A stretch of 63,694 bases of DNA, counting the filler, from Octopus bimaculoides (lineage: Eukaryota): assembly GCF_001194135.2 (NCBI RefSeq). It is 10 parts of 10 records of this genome, joined end to end, with 100 filler letters (N's around TTAATTAATTAA, not from the genome) between each part and the next. Parts side by side here need not be neighbours in the genome. Positions count along the whole stretch, not along the records: positions 59,714 to 62,561 come from NC_068985.1; positions 62,662 to 63,694 come from NC_068989.1; 8 more parts are not named here. One strand, written 5' to 3'. The position numbers and the translations under genes were made by a program. The notes below the pieces were generated by a model, which saw only the letters and a list, made by a program, of their open reading frames with translations, was not told where the DNA came from and made no database searches. This document shows positions 62,446 through 63,694 of the stretch, piece by piece. Position 1 is the stretch's first letter. Every line of letters starts with the position of its first letter.

Positions 62446-62473
62446 GTGACCCAATGGGTCACGGGTAGTCTAG
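62446..62473 (+). mobile_element. Helitron 3' terminus
   Basis: Hairpin GTGACCC-AAT-GGGTCAC, 7 nt, then CTAG followed by T. Confidence 0.65.
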
Positions 62474-62661
62474 TGCACACATACATGCAGGAAGTAAATA
62501 GACACCTTTAATTTTCAAAATCTTTTATTTAATACGCAAAGCGAACAATTGAAATGTAATCNNNNNNNNNNNNNNNNNNNNNNNNNNNNNNNNNNNNNNN
62601 NNNNNTTAATTAATTAANNNNNNNNNNNNNNNNNNNNNNNNNNNNNNNNNNNNNNNNNNNN

Positions 62662-62900
62662 ACATAAACACACCAGCATCGGTTGTCAAGCAATGCTGGG
62701 GGGGGGACAAACAGAAACACACACACATATATATACATATACGACAGGCTTCTTCCAGTTTCCGTCTACCAAATCCACTCACAAGGCTCTGGTCGGCCCG
62801 AGGCTATAGTAGAAGACACTTGCCCAAGATGCCACGCAGTGGGACTGAACCCGGGACCATGTGATTGGTAATCAAGCTACTTACCACCACTCCTGCACCT
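62662..62900 (-). mobile_element. tRNA-derived SINE (5' and middle part)
   Basis: Same family as 2161-2547. Confidence 0.85.
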
Positions 62901-63694
62901 CTTTATTTTCTTCTAACATGTAACCCAAAACTCTTTTCAATGCCTGTGATTTCCTCTATACCATATTTTAATTTAAAGAAAAAACGTTTTTTTATCTATA
63001 TTCCATTATTACTATGTTTATATATCAATATATCTATATGTCCATGTATATTTTTAGTATTCATATATTTTTATATTTCTAATATATCAATGTATGCTTC
63101 AGCTTGAACAACTCTTATTTTTATCCTAATTAAACCCGTATATATATATGTGTGTGTGTGTTAACCGTAGTTTGCCTGATTTGAACTTTTCTAGTGTATC
63201 CATTATACTTATATATATATATATAATCACATAGCCACTCCTGTGCCTAAATATGGTACATACACACACACGTATATGCATAAATGTATGAACGTATAAT
63301 CACTCACTAGTGGATGAATAATATTCATAAGGTTAATATTTATTTTTTTCTCGAAAAATTAAACGCGGTTAAGTTCATTAAAGAGAACCACCACTATCAC
63401 CACCAAAGTTTTTGTGAGTTTTTTACCTTTTTTTTTTTTTTTTCGAAATTCCAACTGAAAAAATATGGAGAAAACGATTACGAAAAATTCTGCTTTTTTT
63501 TCTATTTTATCAAATTTCAATTTAAATACCTTCTCACTCCTCCCGGCTTTCAGGATATGGCGATTCCGTGTCCTTTTACTAATATTCCGGTTGTTTTCAA
63601 ACTTGAACGTTCATTTCTGTATGTGTGGATGCTTGTCTAACAAGCAGACACAATGAGGGAGGCCGCAGTATAGTCGCTCGACATGCTAGAAATA

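Noticed and set aside
4403-63107. ORFs rich in CV, HT, YI, LS or RE dipeptides
   Set aside because: Translations of (TG)n, (CA)n, (TA)n and (GA)n microsatellites, not proteins.

Overview
AT-rich, gapped eukaryotic draft sequence packed with microsatellites and retroelements. The SINE/RTE repertoire and repeat density suggest a cephalopod (octopus-like) genome (inference). Nine 100-bp N44-TTAATTAATTAA-N44 spacers mark artificial contig joins, so adjacency across them is uncertain. Two host genes are well supported. One is an intronless 281-aa protein (10614-11459, +) with an unrecognised N-terminal domain fused to a dual-specificity phosphatase (NCRAGIGR), a laforin-like layout. The other is the last two exons of a divergent chitin synthase-like gene (17842-17926 and 18289-18746, +). 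The rest is mostly decayed mobile DNA: CR1-like, RTE, R4/Dong-like and Penelope-like retroelements, tRNA-derived SINEs, mariner/Tigger/hAT/Helitron remnants and short repeats carrying hammerhead-ribozyme motifs. There are also several long inverted repeats, a perfect 24-bp minisatellite and a few weakly supported orphan exons. Most supplied ORFs are artefacts of N runs or microsatellites.
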